Shown here piece after piece: positions 17,289-27,023 of a stretch of 64,000 nucleotides of DNA. The notes under the pieces are model-generated. The model worked only from the letters and a program-made list of their open reading frames with translations, was not told the origin of the DNA and searched no databases. The DNA is from a virus. The stretch spans positions 1-64,000 of IMG/VR virus record IMGVR_UViG_3300018411_000639, one strand, 5' to 3'. Position 1 is the stretch's first letter. Each line of letters starts with the position of its first letter. A program made the position numbers and the translations under genes.

Positions 17289-19493
17289 CTAATCTACGGT
17301 TACGAACTGATAGGTTACTTTTGCAAGGGCCGGGGACATCCAGTTGTGCTTGTGGCTGTTTCGTCTGAAGATGCTTTTCAGTCGCACCTTGGACACGAAG
17401 TGTTGGTAATTGATTTCGATTGTGTACTCGTCAGAAATGTCCCTGTCAAAGTACAGTTTGTTTCCGTCCGTATAGTACTGGATCTTGGAACTGGTGCGAT
17501 CAAAGTTCTTATAGCTTTCCCCTTGATAGAAAGGATTGGTCACACATCGCACTTGATCAGATACCTCGCTCAACGTGTCGCCTGTATAGCGGTTCACCAA
17601 CTTGACACTGGTTACGGAAGGGCTGTCGGTGGCAAAGTAAGGATATTCGGCCAACAGGTAATGACTGATGTTCTGTCCATCCATCTTCTCGAATGAATTG
17701 CGTAAGGCCGGCGTTCCGTCTGTCGCAAAGTCCAACTCTTTCACTTGCGGAACAGGACGATAAGATACCGTGTAGGCTGCGAAGTGATCGAAGTTGGGGA
17801 TCTCGACAGCAATGACATTCCCCTCTGCGTCCTTGTTGAGGCGGTAATCCTCTCCCAGCATCATGCGGCTCTCGTTGTAGAATACGTCATGGACTTCCTC
17901 AGCAGGAAAACGGAGTGGGCTGACGCTTCCGTAAAGTTGCAGAAGCTCACACGGTATCAGGTCCACGTTCACAGGCAGTAGCGGGTACCAATCTTCGTAC
18001 GAAGGATTCTCTGCATGAGAGATGTAATACTCGATGTCCGTCATGCGTTGCGCTCCTTCCAAGGTTGGATGGTCCTCTTCGGTGCTGATGCGAACGCTCT
18101 TGATATTGCCTGCAGCTTGTACAGGGTTGGACACGTAGACGCCGGTCTTCTCGAACTCCGAAAAGTTAGGTGCGATGTTGTGGAAGCCGTAAGTGTATTC
18201 GTATTTCGTGACAGGTAGAGTGACTTCGTTCTGGACAAAGAGCAATTTCTTCACGTCAAGGTTGCGGTTCTTTGCGGTCAGGTTGTTGATGTATTTCCAT
18301 GCAGCATCCTCGGCGGCTCGGTCTGCGTAAAGCGGTTTGAAGAGAAGGTCATCTGAAAGGATCGGCTTCTCGCTCTCTTGTCCGGTTGCGCTATACCAAA
18401 GGTCGTTCTTGAATACTCCGCCATTTGGTACAAGGTACGAGTCTTTCGTGAAGTGGATCTGATTCAAGACAATGGACAGACGCTTGCAGTTGATTTCAGG
18501 GAACCGGTAAGATACCGCCTTTTTCGTCAGCTTGTTTCTGAGTAGAGGGTCGGTATGGTCAGGGTAAACAATATCCTGGAGAGGCTCCTCTGTGTCATCG
18601 GAAGTCTTGTAGCGAATCGCCACGATCTCAACCGGGTACGGCCCGTAAGGAAGGAATTGTAATTCATTCAGCTTAGTGACGGATTCCAGATTTACTTCCA
18701 GTTCACACATGGCGCCGTGTTGGATGCCGTAATAATAGTCAGCCAACGCAATCGGGTCAGTCGGCCTTTCCTTCGGATAACTGACTCGGATCGGCTCATC
18801 GGAAAGGACAGTTTCGCTCCAGTAAGAAAGTGGAGAGGTATCGACAGCCTTCTCTACTGAGTTCTTGCTGTTGCCTGCCTTGGCGAACCCGCTGCCGAGT
18901 TGCTTTTTGATTTCGATTGTCCCCATCTCGACTCCGTTCAGAGAAACAATCATGTTCTGTTGTCGGGTATACGGCAACGTCAGGACACCCTCTTCTGCGC
19001 TGAAGTGTGCGATGCAGGCTTGAGGGACGTTCTCTCCGTAACGCTCCGTGTGGAGGTCCATCCTTGCCTCGAAGCTACCTGTATCACGGAAGCCTTCGAT
19101 AGAACGCTCTGGGCTTTTTTTCTCGCTGAGAGCCGCTTCGTATCCGTCTATCTTGTCGTGGGCCCGTTCAATCTGGGCAGTCAGACTGGCGATGACGGAC
19201 TGGCTGATCTTCAAGTGCCGTGTCACCGTCCCGTCCAAGGCATCCAAGTACCCGAATGTAGTCAGGACATCAATGTAGAGTTCCTGCAGGGCTTCGTTGA
19301 ATGCTTTGGAGTTCAGTCTGCCCTCTTGCGTCTTCAAAGAGGAAACTAACTGAGTGGACAGTAGTTTTTCTTCTAGTTCGATTCGGCGCAGTGCGATGCT
19401 TTCCTCGGAATACCCTTCCGAGTAGGCGCCTGATAAGATGTGGCTGACGACAGCTTGCTTGATTTTTGTCAGGGATATTTCGTTCAGGTTCAT
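17289..19493 (-). CDS. Putative virion structural protein, 734 aa
   Basis: Long co-oriented ORF with AGGAGG RBS; YVS.P, IEYY and W.PLLP motifs shared with the 608-aa neighbour. Confidence 0.6.
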   Translation of the reverse strand: MNLNEISLTKIKQAVVSHILSGAYSEGYSEESIALRRIELEEKLLSTQLVSSLKTQEGRLNSKAFNEALQELYIDVLTTFGYLDALDGTVTRHLKISQSVIASLTAQIERAHDKIDGYEAALSEKKSPERSIEGFRDTGSFEARMDLHTERYGENVPQACIAHFSAEEGVLTLPYTRQQNMIVSLNGVEMGTIEIKKQLGSGFAKAGNSKNSVEKAVDTSPLSYWSETVLSDEPIRVSYPKERPTDPIALADYYYGIQHGAMCELEVNLESVTKLNELQFLPYGPYPVEIVAIRYKTSDDTEEPLQDIVYPDHTDPLLRNKLTKKAVSYRFPEINCKRLSIVLNQIHFTKDSYLVPNGGVFKNDLWYSATGQESEKPILSDDLLFKPLYADRAAEDAAWKYINNLTAKNRNLDVKKLLFVQNEVTLPVTKYEYTYGFHNIAPNFSEFEKTGVYVSNPVQAAGNIKSVRISTEEDHPTLEGAQRMTDIEYYISHAENPSYEDWYPLLPVNVDLIPCELLQLYGSVSPLRFPAEEVHDVFYNESRMMLGEDYRLNKDAEGNVIAVEIPNFDHFAAYTVSYRPVPQVKELDFATDGTPALRNSFEKMDGQNISHYLLAEYPYFATDSPSVTSVKLVNRYTGDTLSEVSDQVRCVTNPFYQGESYKNFDRTSSKIQYYTDGNKLYFDRDISDEYTIEINYQHFVSKVRLKSIFRRNSHKHNWMSPALAKVTYQFVTVD

Positions 19494-19517
19494 CCGCTTC
19501 CTCCTTCTCTTTTTCGT

Positions 19518-19952
19518 TTAGCGATTTAGAACACTGTACTGAACCGTAAAGTCCGGCAGGTTCTTTGTGTTTGTCGAAGCGTTGAACAGGCTGACCGTGA
19601 AAGTCTGATTCACGCCATCGACACTGGTAAGGGAAGAAAGCACGCCCGCAGGGATGACTTCGGACAAACTTGCGGTCACAACACTCCCCTCTTTTACACT
19701 GGGGTCTTTGACGGTGATCCGAACTTCTGACTGCGGTGGGATCGAAACGGCTGCTCTGCGAACTTCTCTCCCTCTCATAGCCAGGCCATCTTCTTTGAGT
19801 CGCTTCAGGGCCTCCAAAACGATGCTCTCTCTGGAGTTCTCGATGCTCTTTATCTCGGTATCAAAGAAGCGGTTAATGACGCGGATAAGGTACGTTTCGA
19901 TCCGGTCAGGCTTTTTGACGTACATATCTTGCTCTCTACTTTCTACGCGCAC
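19518..19952 (-). CDS. Hypothetical (virion) protein, 144 aa
   Basis: In operon; beta-rich C-terminal part. Confidence 0.6.
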   Translation of the reverse strand: MRVESREQDMYVKKPDRIETYLIRVINRFFDTEIKSIENSRESIVLEALKRLKEDGLAMRGREVRRAAVSIPPQSEVRITVKDPSVKEGSVVTASLSEVIPAGVLSSLTSVDGVNQTFTVSLFNASTNTKNLPDFTVQYSVLNR

Positions 19953-19967
19953 AGTGCACCCCTATTC

Positions 19968-20900
19968 CTAGAATTTCCAGTCGTAATTGCCGGCTGCTCC
20001 CGGCCCATCCACCGTGTTCGAGTCGGATGCAATGGATAGCAGCACCCACTCGTTCACGTTCTTGCTGTTCAGGTATTCGCCATAGTTAAGTGTTTCGGTG
20101 CTTGTGATGTCGTCATCCTCGTAGCGGGTGATAACTTTCATCAGCAAGCCATCCGGACTGTATTCCAGATGTGTGATCCTTTTGCCTTCTTCGATGCGAA
20201 CCAACTTGTCGTCTTGCGCTCGGTCACGAATCAGGACAGTCATCCCAATCCCGAATTGACTAAAGCGTTGCAGGTCAGGGTTGGTCAAGCCATACTCGCC
20301 CTCTACCCCTTCGTCAAAGAAGAGGACGGCCATCCCGAAGATCTGAGGGCTTTCGCCTACGGCATTGGTACGCATTTCCGCTTGTATCCGATAACCCGTA
20401 ACCTCAGCGTAAACGTGCATAGGTAGTTTCGTTTCGTTGGCGGTCAGTGGGTACTTGGCGCCTTCCCGATCGACAAGGAAGTAACGAATGTCCGAGCCGG
20501 CCGGAATGTTGTGATCGACAACTAGGAAGAAGTCCTGCAATCGAATCCCGTCACCTAGTGAACTCTGGACGATGGTCGAGCAGACAACACCCGTCCCAAC
20601 CCCGCGGTTGAGTTGGATGCTGCCGTCTTCATCCTCAAAGGAAACGTTTCTCGAAAGCGTCAGATCAAGGTAGCTTTGGTCATTGACCTCGTTGACGAAC
20701 ATGGCATTTGCGTAGTAGTTGTTGTCCAGAATATCCAGTACGCGTTCACGGAACTGCGTATCCCGCAACTTGGAGATACCTGTCTCCGCTTGGGTGAGTG
20801 CCGCTTGGACGGCCCCGATATGATCAGCACTTACAGTTTCTGCTGCATTGTTGACGTGCCTTTGGAACTTGGTAAAGACACGGTTGTTTTCGTTATCCAT
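19968..20900 (-). CDS. Putative virion structural protein, 310 aa
   Basis: In operon; AGGTGA RBS. Confidence 0.6.
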   Translation of the reverse strand: MDNENNRVFTKFQRHVNNAAETVSADHIGAVQAALTQAETGISKLRDTQFRERVLDILDNNYYANAMFVNEVNDQSYLDLTLSRNVSFEDEDGSIQLNRGVGTGVVCSTIVQSSLGDGIRLQDFFLVVDHNIPAGSDIRYFLVDREGAKYPLTANETKLPMHVYAEVTGYRIQAEMRTNAVGESPQIFGMAVLFFDEGVEGEYGLTNPDLQRFSQFGIGMTVLIRDRAQDDKLVRIEEGKRITHLEYSPDGLLMKVITRYEDDDITSTETLNYGEYLNSKNVNEWVLLSIASDSNTVDGPGAAGNYDWKF

Positions 20901-20908
20901 TCATTCAC

Positions 20909-21391
20909 CTACCTTACTATGTTATGGGTTCCTATCCGATGAGTAGCAGCCATCACAGGCTCTACCGTGTACCGAAGTCTTTTGTCTGTGTCGCAGACGT
21001 AAGTCACGACATCTTTCTTGTAGCGAACCTCGATCTTGTCGCTCTCTCTCAGGGGCAAGCTCTTCAGGATTTGAAGAAGCTTTAACTTCTGACTGTAGAC
21101 GAGATGCACTTTTTCAACCTTCACCCCATTAACAAAAACCTGTACGGGGTTGTCGATGTCGGTGTATACGTCGCTTGGCAGTCGGAAGGACTGTGCGAGA
21201 TTATAAGAGGTTTCGGTGGTGTACTCCCGCAGCTGAGGCTCCCGTGGATTCGGGATAGACCCCAACAGGGTCTTCTTGCTCCCGCCATCCGGCAAATCTT
21301 CATGTGAGTAGATGTTGTAGTGCAAGACATCCACGTTGACTAACCGGGCAAAGGTGACGGTTTGGCGCTTGTTGATTGGAAAAGATGGCAT
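20909..21391 (-). CDS. Hypothetical virion protein with a small beta-sandwich module
   Basis: VQVFVNGV...DKIEVRY pattern, also seen in the sheath insertions. Confidence 0.6.
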   Translation of the reverse strand: MPSFPINKRQTVTFARLVNVDVLHYNIYSHEDLPDGGSKKTLLGSIPNPREPQLREYTTETSYNLAQSFRLPSDVYTDIDNPVQVFVNGVKVEKVHLVYSQKLKLLQILKSLPLRESDKIEVRYKKDVVTYVCDTDKRLRYTVEPVMAATHRIGTHNIVR

Positions 21392-21401
21392 GTCGTTCCT
21401 C

Positions 21402-22883
21402 CTATAGGTCTACAAGTCGCGTTATGGGTCTGGATCTGTCGCCGTAACTGTCGTACATGTAGACGGTGTAGTTGTAGGATTCCCCTGGTAAGCAGGCGTC
21501 CTCGATGGTCAGACTTTTGAAGATGGATGCTTCTGTCAAGGTGTCCGTAGGGCTTGTGCTTTTCGGGACGTTTACGGGTAAGCTACGGCCAATGATGCTG
21601 TCGTAGTAGATGCCGTTCTTTCTGACGTAAGTCTTTATGACTGTACCTTCGTTGACCAGAGAACCGCGCATCTTCTCTGTTTCATCCAGACCTGTCACCG
21701 TTCTGCGGATGACGATCATTCGCTCCACAGGAAGGTGAGCCTCTTCTGTTTCCGTGAGGACAGGTCCTTCTTCTGACTTGAATCCTTGCAGTTCCGCAAT
21801 CAGACGGTAAGCCACGTGCGGCCGGCGGTTGAAGCGCGGATCACCTTTGCACCAAACGTTGGGCAGCGTCACGATCACCTTGTGTTCCGATAGGATATAC
21901 TTGGTATCCAGTTTCCAGTCCTCATCCGAAAACTCAGGTACGCCTGCTTCAACAGGTTTCCCGAATCGGGAGTACTCGGCTCCCTTCGGCATCCCGATTT
22001 GAGCGACCTCCCCTTTCGCAAGGATAGTCAATGGCTCCCACAAAGGATTATCGGATCTTTGGTAACTCTTGCAGACCTCCAGGATATGACGAACCGTTTC
22101 CGGCTTCTGCTTCAACTCATGCGAGAACAGAACAGAAGCTGGGGAAACTAATCCGCCTTGGACGGCCACGATACGATAGTAGTAAAGGCGCCCTTTTTCC
22201 TCAGAACCTGCATCGCTTATCTCCCACAGTGGAACGTAGGACCCGTTCTCAACCAGGAGGGATCGGGTTTTGAAAGACACATCCGGTGCAGCTAGACCGT
22301 GAGGAATCGGACCATTGTAGATGACGCCTGCTTGGACAGCAACATCATCCTGTACCTCAATCACCTGAATCGGATAGGCCAGTTCAACGAACAGAGAACC
22401 CTCGACATAGGCTTTCGGTACTTCGACAACATCCCCCGTTATGCTGACAGGGCAGTCACTCAGATTGCTCCCACCCCATATCTCGCTCTCCAGGTTGCGC
22501 TTCGTGCGAACAACTCCCGCCAAAGAACCATCCATCCTGTAAGAAAAGACAAACTGATCTGTTTCGTGCTGAAGAGTCAGGTTCGGCAAGTCGAAGTGGA
22601 TGACCAGTTCAATGTCTACCGTGTCGGATTTGACACATTTGTTTTTCAATTTATATCTTACCATAGTATCTTCTTCATTCGATAGACCTGTTCGAAGTTC
22701 CTCGCTGACCGTCAGGATAGTTGTGGCAGCTGTCGCCTCATCCACTTCCATGACCGGTTGCAAATCCTTTAACCGATCAAGGGATGCAGGGATGTCTTCA
22801 GGTTTTTCGGCTCGATAAACGAGATAGGTAAGGTTGCGATTCTCACTGACAGATAGGTTTAACTTGATTCGATTCAATTTCAT
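21402..22883 (-). CDS. Putative virion protein with FN3-like segments, 493 aa
   Basis: YYYRIVAV..G.VS and GESYNYTVY.YD.YG..S patterns. Confidence 0.55.
   Translation of the reverse strand: MKLNRIKLNLSVSENRNLTYLVYRAEKPEDIPASLDRLKDLQPVMEVDEATAATTILTVSEELRTGLSNEEDTMVRYKLKNKCVKSDTVDIELVIHFDLPNLTLQHETDQFVFSYRMDGSLAGVVRTKRNLESEIWGGSNLSDCPVSITGDVVEVPKAYVEGSLFVELAYPIQVIEVQDDVAVQAGVIYNGPIPHGLAAPDVSFKTRSLLVENGSYVPLWEISDAGSEEKGRLYYYRIVAVQGGLVSPASVLFSHELKQKPETVRHILEVCKSYQRSDNPLWEPLTILAKGEVAQIGMPKGAEYSRFGKPVEAGVPEFSDEDWKLDTKYILSEHKVIVTLPNVWCKGDPRFNRRPHVAYRLIAELQGFKSEEGPVLTETEEAHLPVERMIVIRRTVTGLDETEKMRGSLVNEGTVIKTYVRKNGIYYDSIIGRSLPVNVPKSTSPTDTLTEASIFKSLTIEDACLPGESYNYTVYMYDSYGDRSRPITRLVDL
22621..22636 (+). 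repeat. Dispersed 16-bp motif variant GTGTCGGATTTGACAC
   Basis: 15/16 match with both palindromic arms intact. Confidence 0.8.
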
Positions 22884-22926
22884 TCCTCCTCTTTTGGACG
22901 AACAGGGGTAATCTCACCCCCGCTCG

Positions 22927-25900
22927 TTAACTCTCCTCGGTTGACAGGTAAGCTTGCGGCGTGAAGTCGAAGGTATTCAGATACTCTTCTTCTACGGCCA
23001 GTGTGGATTCCGGTAACTCCTCTTTCTCATACGCCGTAACGTATTCGATGAGTGGCAGTGTCCCATGAGCCAACCACTTAGAAACTTTCGCATCCACTTC
23101 CTGATGCGTAAAGCGTCCGCCGTTCTCCGTCAGTATCCGCTTATCCAGTCGCACGATCAGAACGGCATTCTCCGTGTAAGGCTCCCCGTCCCAGAAACCA
23201 ATATCCCAATAGTGTTCGCTTTCCGGTTCCAGTTCTTTCCTGAGTCCGTCACGGATTTCTTCCAGAACACCGCCGCCTCTGCTCCTCGCATCCAAGATAC
23301 GGGTAGAACGAAGGGATGTGTTGTGGCGAACATAGATGCTTCCGATCAGAATGTCGTGATCACGTTCCGGTGCGCCGTTGTCGATCTGATGATAGACGGT
23401 GTTCTCTTGGTAGATCGCTTCTTTCGATACGGTTCCTTTGTAGTCCTGTCTCCAGATGCGTGTGTCCGTTATAGGCTTCACAACCTCTCCCGAATAAGTG
23501 CCGGAGTAATTGGAGTAGATTGGGCTGTTCAAATCATCTTCGAAATGGTAGTCGCTCTCGCTGCCCACCTTCTTCTGGTTGTATCCGATGATTTCTTTTT
23601 GGATGCTCGTGCGTGCCAATGTTCCGCGGTATCCGTCTTGATCGTAAGCAAGGGTACTCGGAACACTCGCTTCCACAAGGTAGGTCGTCCCTGTTGCCGT
23701 GGCGGTCTTCGCCTGTGCATCCGTGTAAGTTCCGGACTCAACGTAGGAAGCGCCATTCTTCACGAGCGTCCCCTTAAAGCCATCATCATCGTCATAAACG
23801 ACAACATCCGGAAAACTATTGACGCTGTTGCGACGGACAAGGAGATGATCGTTCTGCATCTCCTCGATGACAGTTGGACGAAGGAAGAGGTAAACTACCT
23901 TGTTAAAGAGGTCATGGACTTTCTTTCGCTCACGGGAGGAAGGGTTTGAGTGATCCAAGTAGGTATGGTACTGATTCGGATTGAATTCGATATCAATGAA
24001 TTTCTCTTGCGGGTCATAGAAACCTCTGTAGACATAACTCTCTTCTTCGTAAACGTAATCGACTTGGATGCGGTCGTTTTCACTGATGCGCTCCGTTAGT
24101 CGGATGACGCCTTCTGTAAAGCTCCATCGGTCAACGGCCAGCTCCTTCTCATAGCCATCTGCTGCCGTCTTGTAGACGCGGAGATTGGTAGGAGCATAAT
24201 CACTGTCCACCTTCACGTACATCGGACAGAGCGAAACTTTGATGTCATTGTCGTTCAGGACAGAAGCAACTTCGCCTTGAACCTCGACATAAGGTCTTCC
24301 GTAAGTGGTGCTGTACTCTTGTTTGTCGTATTCAGGGATGGCGTAAGTGTAGCGTTTCCGATACCCGTGTTGCTCAAGGACGTAATTGAAATGGCCGAAT
24401 TGCACACGCAGATACCAGTTTGACAGCAGGTCGAACTCTCTCGGCGCAAGCGTCTTGATTGCTCGGACATCCCGACAAGTCACTCGGTATCCCGGATAAA
24501 TCTTTCCGCCTTCCAGTTTGTACATTCCGGGAATCTGGATCATCCGTTCATGTTTGCCGGATAGCGGATCAAGGAAACCAGTGTCCTCGGTTGTTTCGAC
24601 GGATACGGGGCCTGTTCCGTCAGGTTTCGTGAAGAGGTTAAGTTTCTTCTTGTTCGATGCGGTCGTTGGGTCTGATAAGTCCAACTCCACTCGGAAAGTC
24701 TTCGTCCGTAACACTGCCTGTTCTGCTTCATCCAAGTGTTTGTCTTTGACGATGATCTCGAAGGCTGTGAGAGCTGCTCCGCTTTCTTTTGGAGATACCA
24801 CGTAGTTTCTGTTGATGAAGTCTTTCTCCTCAACACTTAGAGCATACTCTCGATTGATTGCTTCAGCGTAATGCGCTTCGGACACATACGAGCCATCATC
24901 CGCTTTTACGATGTAGCGGAAGCCGACTTTCTTTCTGTCGTCTTCGATGATCGGGTTCGTCATCAACTGGATGTACGTGCGTCTTAGCTTCTCGTTGGTC
25001 GGGATGACAGTGTAATCCTTGCCCAGCTCGAAGTAAGGTTGAACACTCAACTCCTCTGTTTTGTTTGCAGCGATATGGCCGGGACTACTTGGATCGTACG
25101 CATGGTAAACCACTTTAAAGGAGCGCGCGTTTGTTGTCAGGAATGAAGTGAACACATACGCATCGTAGATGTCTTCGTATCCCGCAACGCCTTGCTTATG
25201 AGGCACAAGCTTGATTTGGAATTTGTACTTCCGTTCGCTGAGCGGTTTCAGGTTTCCGGAGAGGATCTTAATCCCGTTGCCCTGATAGATGCCGAACTCG
25301 TCCGGCCCCAGTCGGTCATAGATGGGTTGTTTCAACTTGCAGGCGTAATAGAGTGGCACGTTATCTTTGAACAGGTTCGTGATGTAGAATAACTCGCTCT
25401 CCAGTTCTTTCAGGTTGTCGGTGCTCCACAGGACTCCTTGTCCATCCGGATACATGAGGAAGTCCCTCTGCCCCTCTGGGTTGATGTTTCCGACAGCGGT
25501 TCGTTTGACTGCAACGCCCTCGTAGAAAGCAAGTCCGTCATAGTCGCGGGTTTCCCGTAAGAGAGTCCCAGAGTAAACGGCATCCGCTCGCCAGTTCAGG
25601 ATGCGCTCCTTGTTTTTGTTGGTGGTCTTCTTAATTGTTCCTGTGTACAGTTGTTCGCCGATCCATTCGTTTTTGCTTCCGTCAGCTACGACTGCCACAA
25701 AGAAGACTTTTACTCCTGGCTTATAGGCACGAAGAAACTGAATAACCGGACGAAACTGTCTGTTTGCCACCGTAGGGTTTTCGGGATCGTAAAGAGCTTG
25801 ATCCGAGTCGAACGACCCTCCTGAAGGCGAGACAACAGAAAGATGGCTCTTGAGGAAGGACCCTTCGTTCCCAAAGTAAGGAGTTGGTGCAACCCCTCCG

Positions 25901-27012
25901 AGTGGCTGATGCTTCGTTGGCAAACTTCCAGCGGCGTTCCAGAAAGTACTAGCCCAGACATGCCCGTTAGAAGAACCGAATCTTTTCGACTCCGCTATGT
26001 CAAGGAACCATTTTGTCCCGTTTTCATTTCCGATATAGTAGTTGTTTCCGCCAGTAGGGAATGTGTCGTTAAAGTGTAAAGACCTTAACGCTGTGAATAT
26101 ATCTCCGGTTAGAGCCGGAACTGCGTCTGTAAAGTACCCTGTCCCGGTGTCGTTAGCGTTAGCGGATGTCCAATACCCATACATTCCTCCGTTACCAAGC
26201 CAGTTGAAAGTACCCCAGTAGAACTTCTCTTGCGTGATATCTTCGTAGGCTTCGCGTCTGTAAGTAATGCCATTCTCGACGATTGTGCTCGGCATGTTGT
26301 TGATGTTGTCGTAGGTCTTGATTAGGGTTTGCGTGTTCCCTATCGCAAGGGCTGATTTCTTGGTGTAAGATTCGGCACCCGGAACCTTGAGCAGCTTTCC
26401 GGAAAAACCATCCTCCGTAAAGACGGTGTTGCCGTTCGCATCTGTATAAGTGTTTGGCCAAGATCCATAGGAAGGACTCGGAAGGTTGCCCTGAAACATC
26501 TTGCGGCTTACTTGCTTGGTCTCAACGACAGCCTCTTGGTAGATGTCGGTTGCGCCTTTTTTGTAGGTTACGTCCTGCAGGTGCAATGTGCCGGAGAAGT
26601 CCCCCTCTGTGTGAGAGAGGGTTTCCGGTACGACTTGTTTGGTCACAACGCTGGCATAGTGATGGTTGTCGATTTCACGCCTATCGACATGATCATTTGG
26701 TTCCCAGTTGACCCACTTGCGTTTCATACTGCCGGTGTAGCCGTTGTCGTCACTGTACGGCACAGAGGAGAGGAAAACGTTGTCGTCCATTTTCGGCTCG
26801 GCCTTCTTCTGCATGTAAGTGCTGACCGTGATGTGGTCAATCGTGTTCTTGGGTGCTTCGGACACTAACACATTGCTTTCTGAACTCATTCTTTTGTTGT
26901 AGTAGTAAGCAAGGTTGACCGCGTTCGGCGGCACCTTTCTTCCGATACGGAAGGCATACTTGTTTATCTTGTTTTTGATTATCTCTTCGTGCAATCGGGT
27001 TGCCTCAAACAT
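22927..27012 (-). CDS. Large virion (baseplate/fibre) protein, 1361 aa, with internal D-G-[FY]-x-G-x-L repeats
   Basis: Long ORF in the structural cluster; five copies of a short repeat and an aromatic-rich central insertion. Confidence 0.6.
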   Translation of the reverse strand: MFEATRLHEEIIKNKINKYAFRIGRKVPPNAVNLAYYYNKRMSSESNVLVSEAPKNTIDHITVSTYMQKKAEPKMDDNVFLSSVPYSDDNGYTGSMKRKWVNWEPNDHVDRREIDNHHYASVVTKQVVPETLSHTEGDFSGTLHLQDVTYKKGATDIYQEAVVETKQVSRKMFQGNLPSPSYGSWPNTYTDANGNTVFTEDGFSGKLLKVPGAESYTKKSALAIGNTQTLIKTYDNINNMPSTIVENGITYRREAYEDITQEKFYWGTFNWLGNGGMYGYWTSANANDTGTGYFTDAVPALTGDIFTALRSLHFNDTFPTGGNNYYIGNENGTKWFLDIAESKRFGSSNGHVWASTFWNAAGSLPTKHQPLGGVAPTPYFGNEGSFLKSHLSVVSPSGGSFDSDQALYDPENPTVANRQFRPVIQFLRAYKPGVKVFFVAVVADGSKNEWIGEQLYTGTIKKTTNKNKERILNWRADAVYSGTLLRETRDYDGLAFYEGVAVKRTAVGNINPEGQRDFLMYPDGQGVLWSTDNLKELESELFYITNLFKDNVPLYYACKLKQPIYDRLGPDEFGIYQGNGIKILSGNLKPLSERKYKFQIKLVPHKQGVAGYEDIYDAYVFTSFLTTNARSFKVVYHAYDPSSPGHIAANKTEELSVQPYFELGKDYTVIPTNEKLRRTYIQLMTNPIIEDDRKKVGFRYIVKADDGSYVSEAHYAEAINREYALSVEEKDFINRNYVVSPKESGAALTAFEIIVKDKHLDEAEQAVLRTKTFRVELDLSDPTTASNKKKLNLFTKPDGTGPVSVETTEDTGFLDPLSGKHERMIQIPGMYKLEGGKIYPGYRVTCRDVRAIKTLAPREFDLLSNWYLRVQFGHFNYVLEQHGYRKRYTYAIPEYDKQEYSTTYGRPYVEVQGEVASVLNDNDIKVSLCPMYVKVDSDYAPTNLRVYKTAADGYEKELAVDRWSFTEGVIRLTERISENDRIQVDYVYEEESYVYRGFYDPQEKFIDIEFNPNQYHTYLDHSNPSSRERKKVHDLFNKVVYLFLRPTVIEEMQNDHLLVRRNSVNSFPDVVVYDDDDGFKGTLVKNGASYVESGTYTDAQAKTATATGTTYLVEASVPSTLAYDQDGYRGTLARTSIQKEIIGYNQKKVGSESDYHFEDDLNSPIYSNYSGTYSGEVVKPITDTRIWRQDYKGTVSKEAIYQENTVYHQIDNGAPERDHDILIGSIYVRHNTSLRSTRILDARSRGGGVLEEIRDGLRKELEPESEHYWDIGFWDGEPYTENAVLIVRLDKRILTENGGRFTHQEVDAKVSKWLAHGTLPLIEYVTAYEKEELPESTLAVEEEYLNTFDFTPQAYLSTEES

Positions 27013-27023
27013 ATGTCACCACC

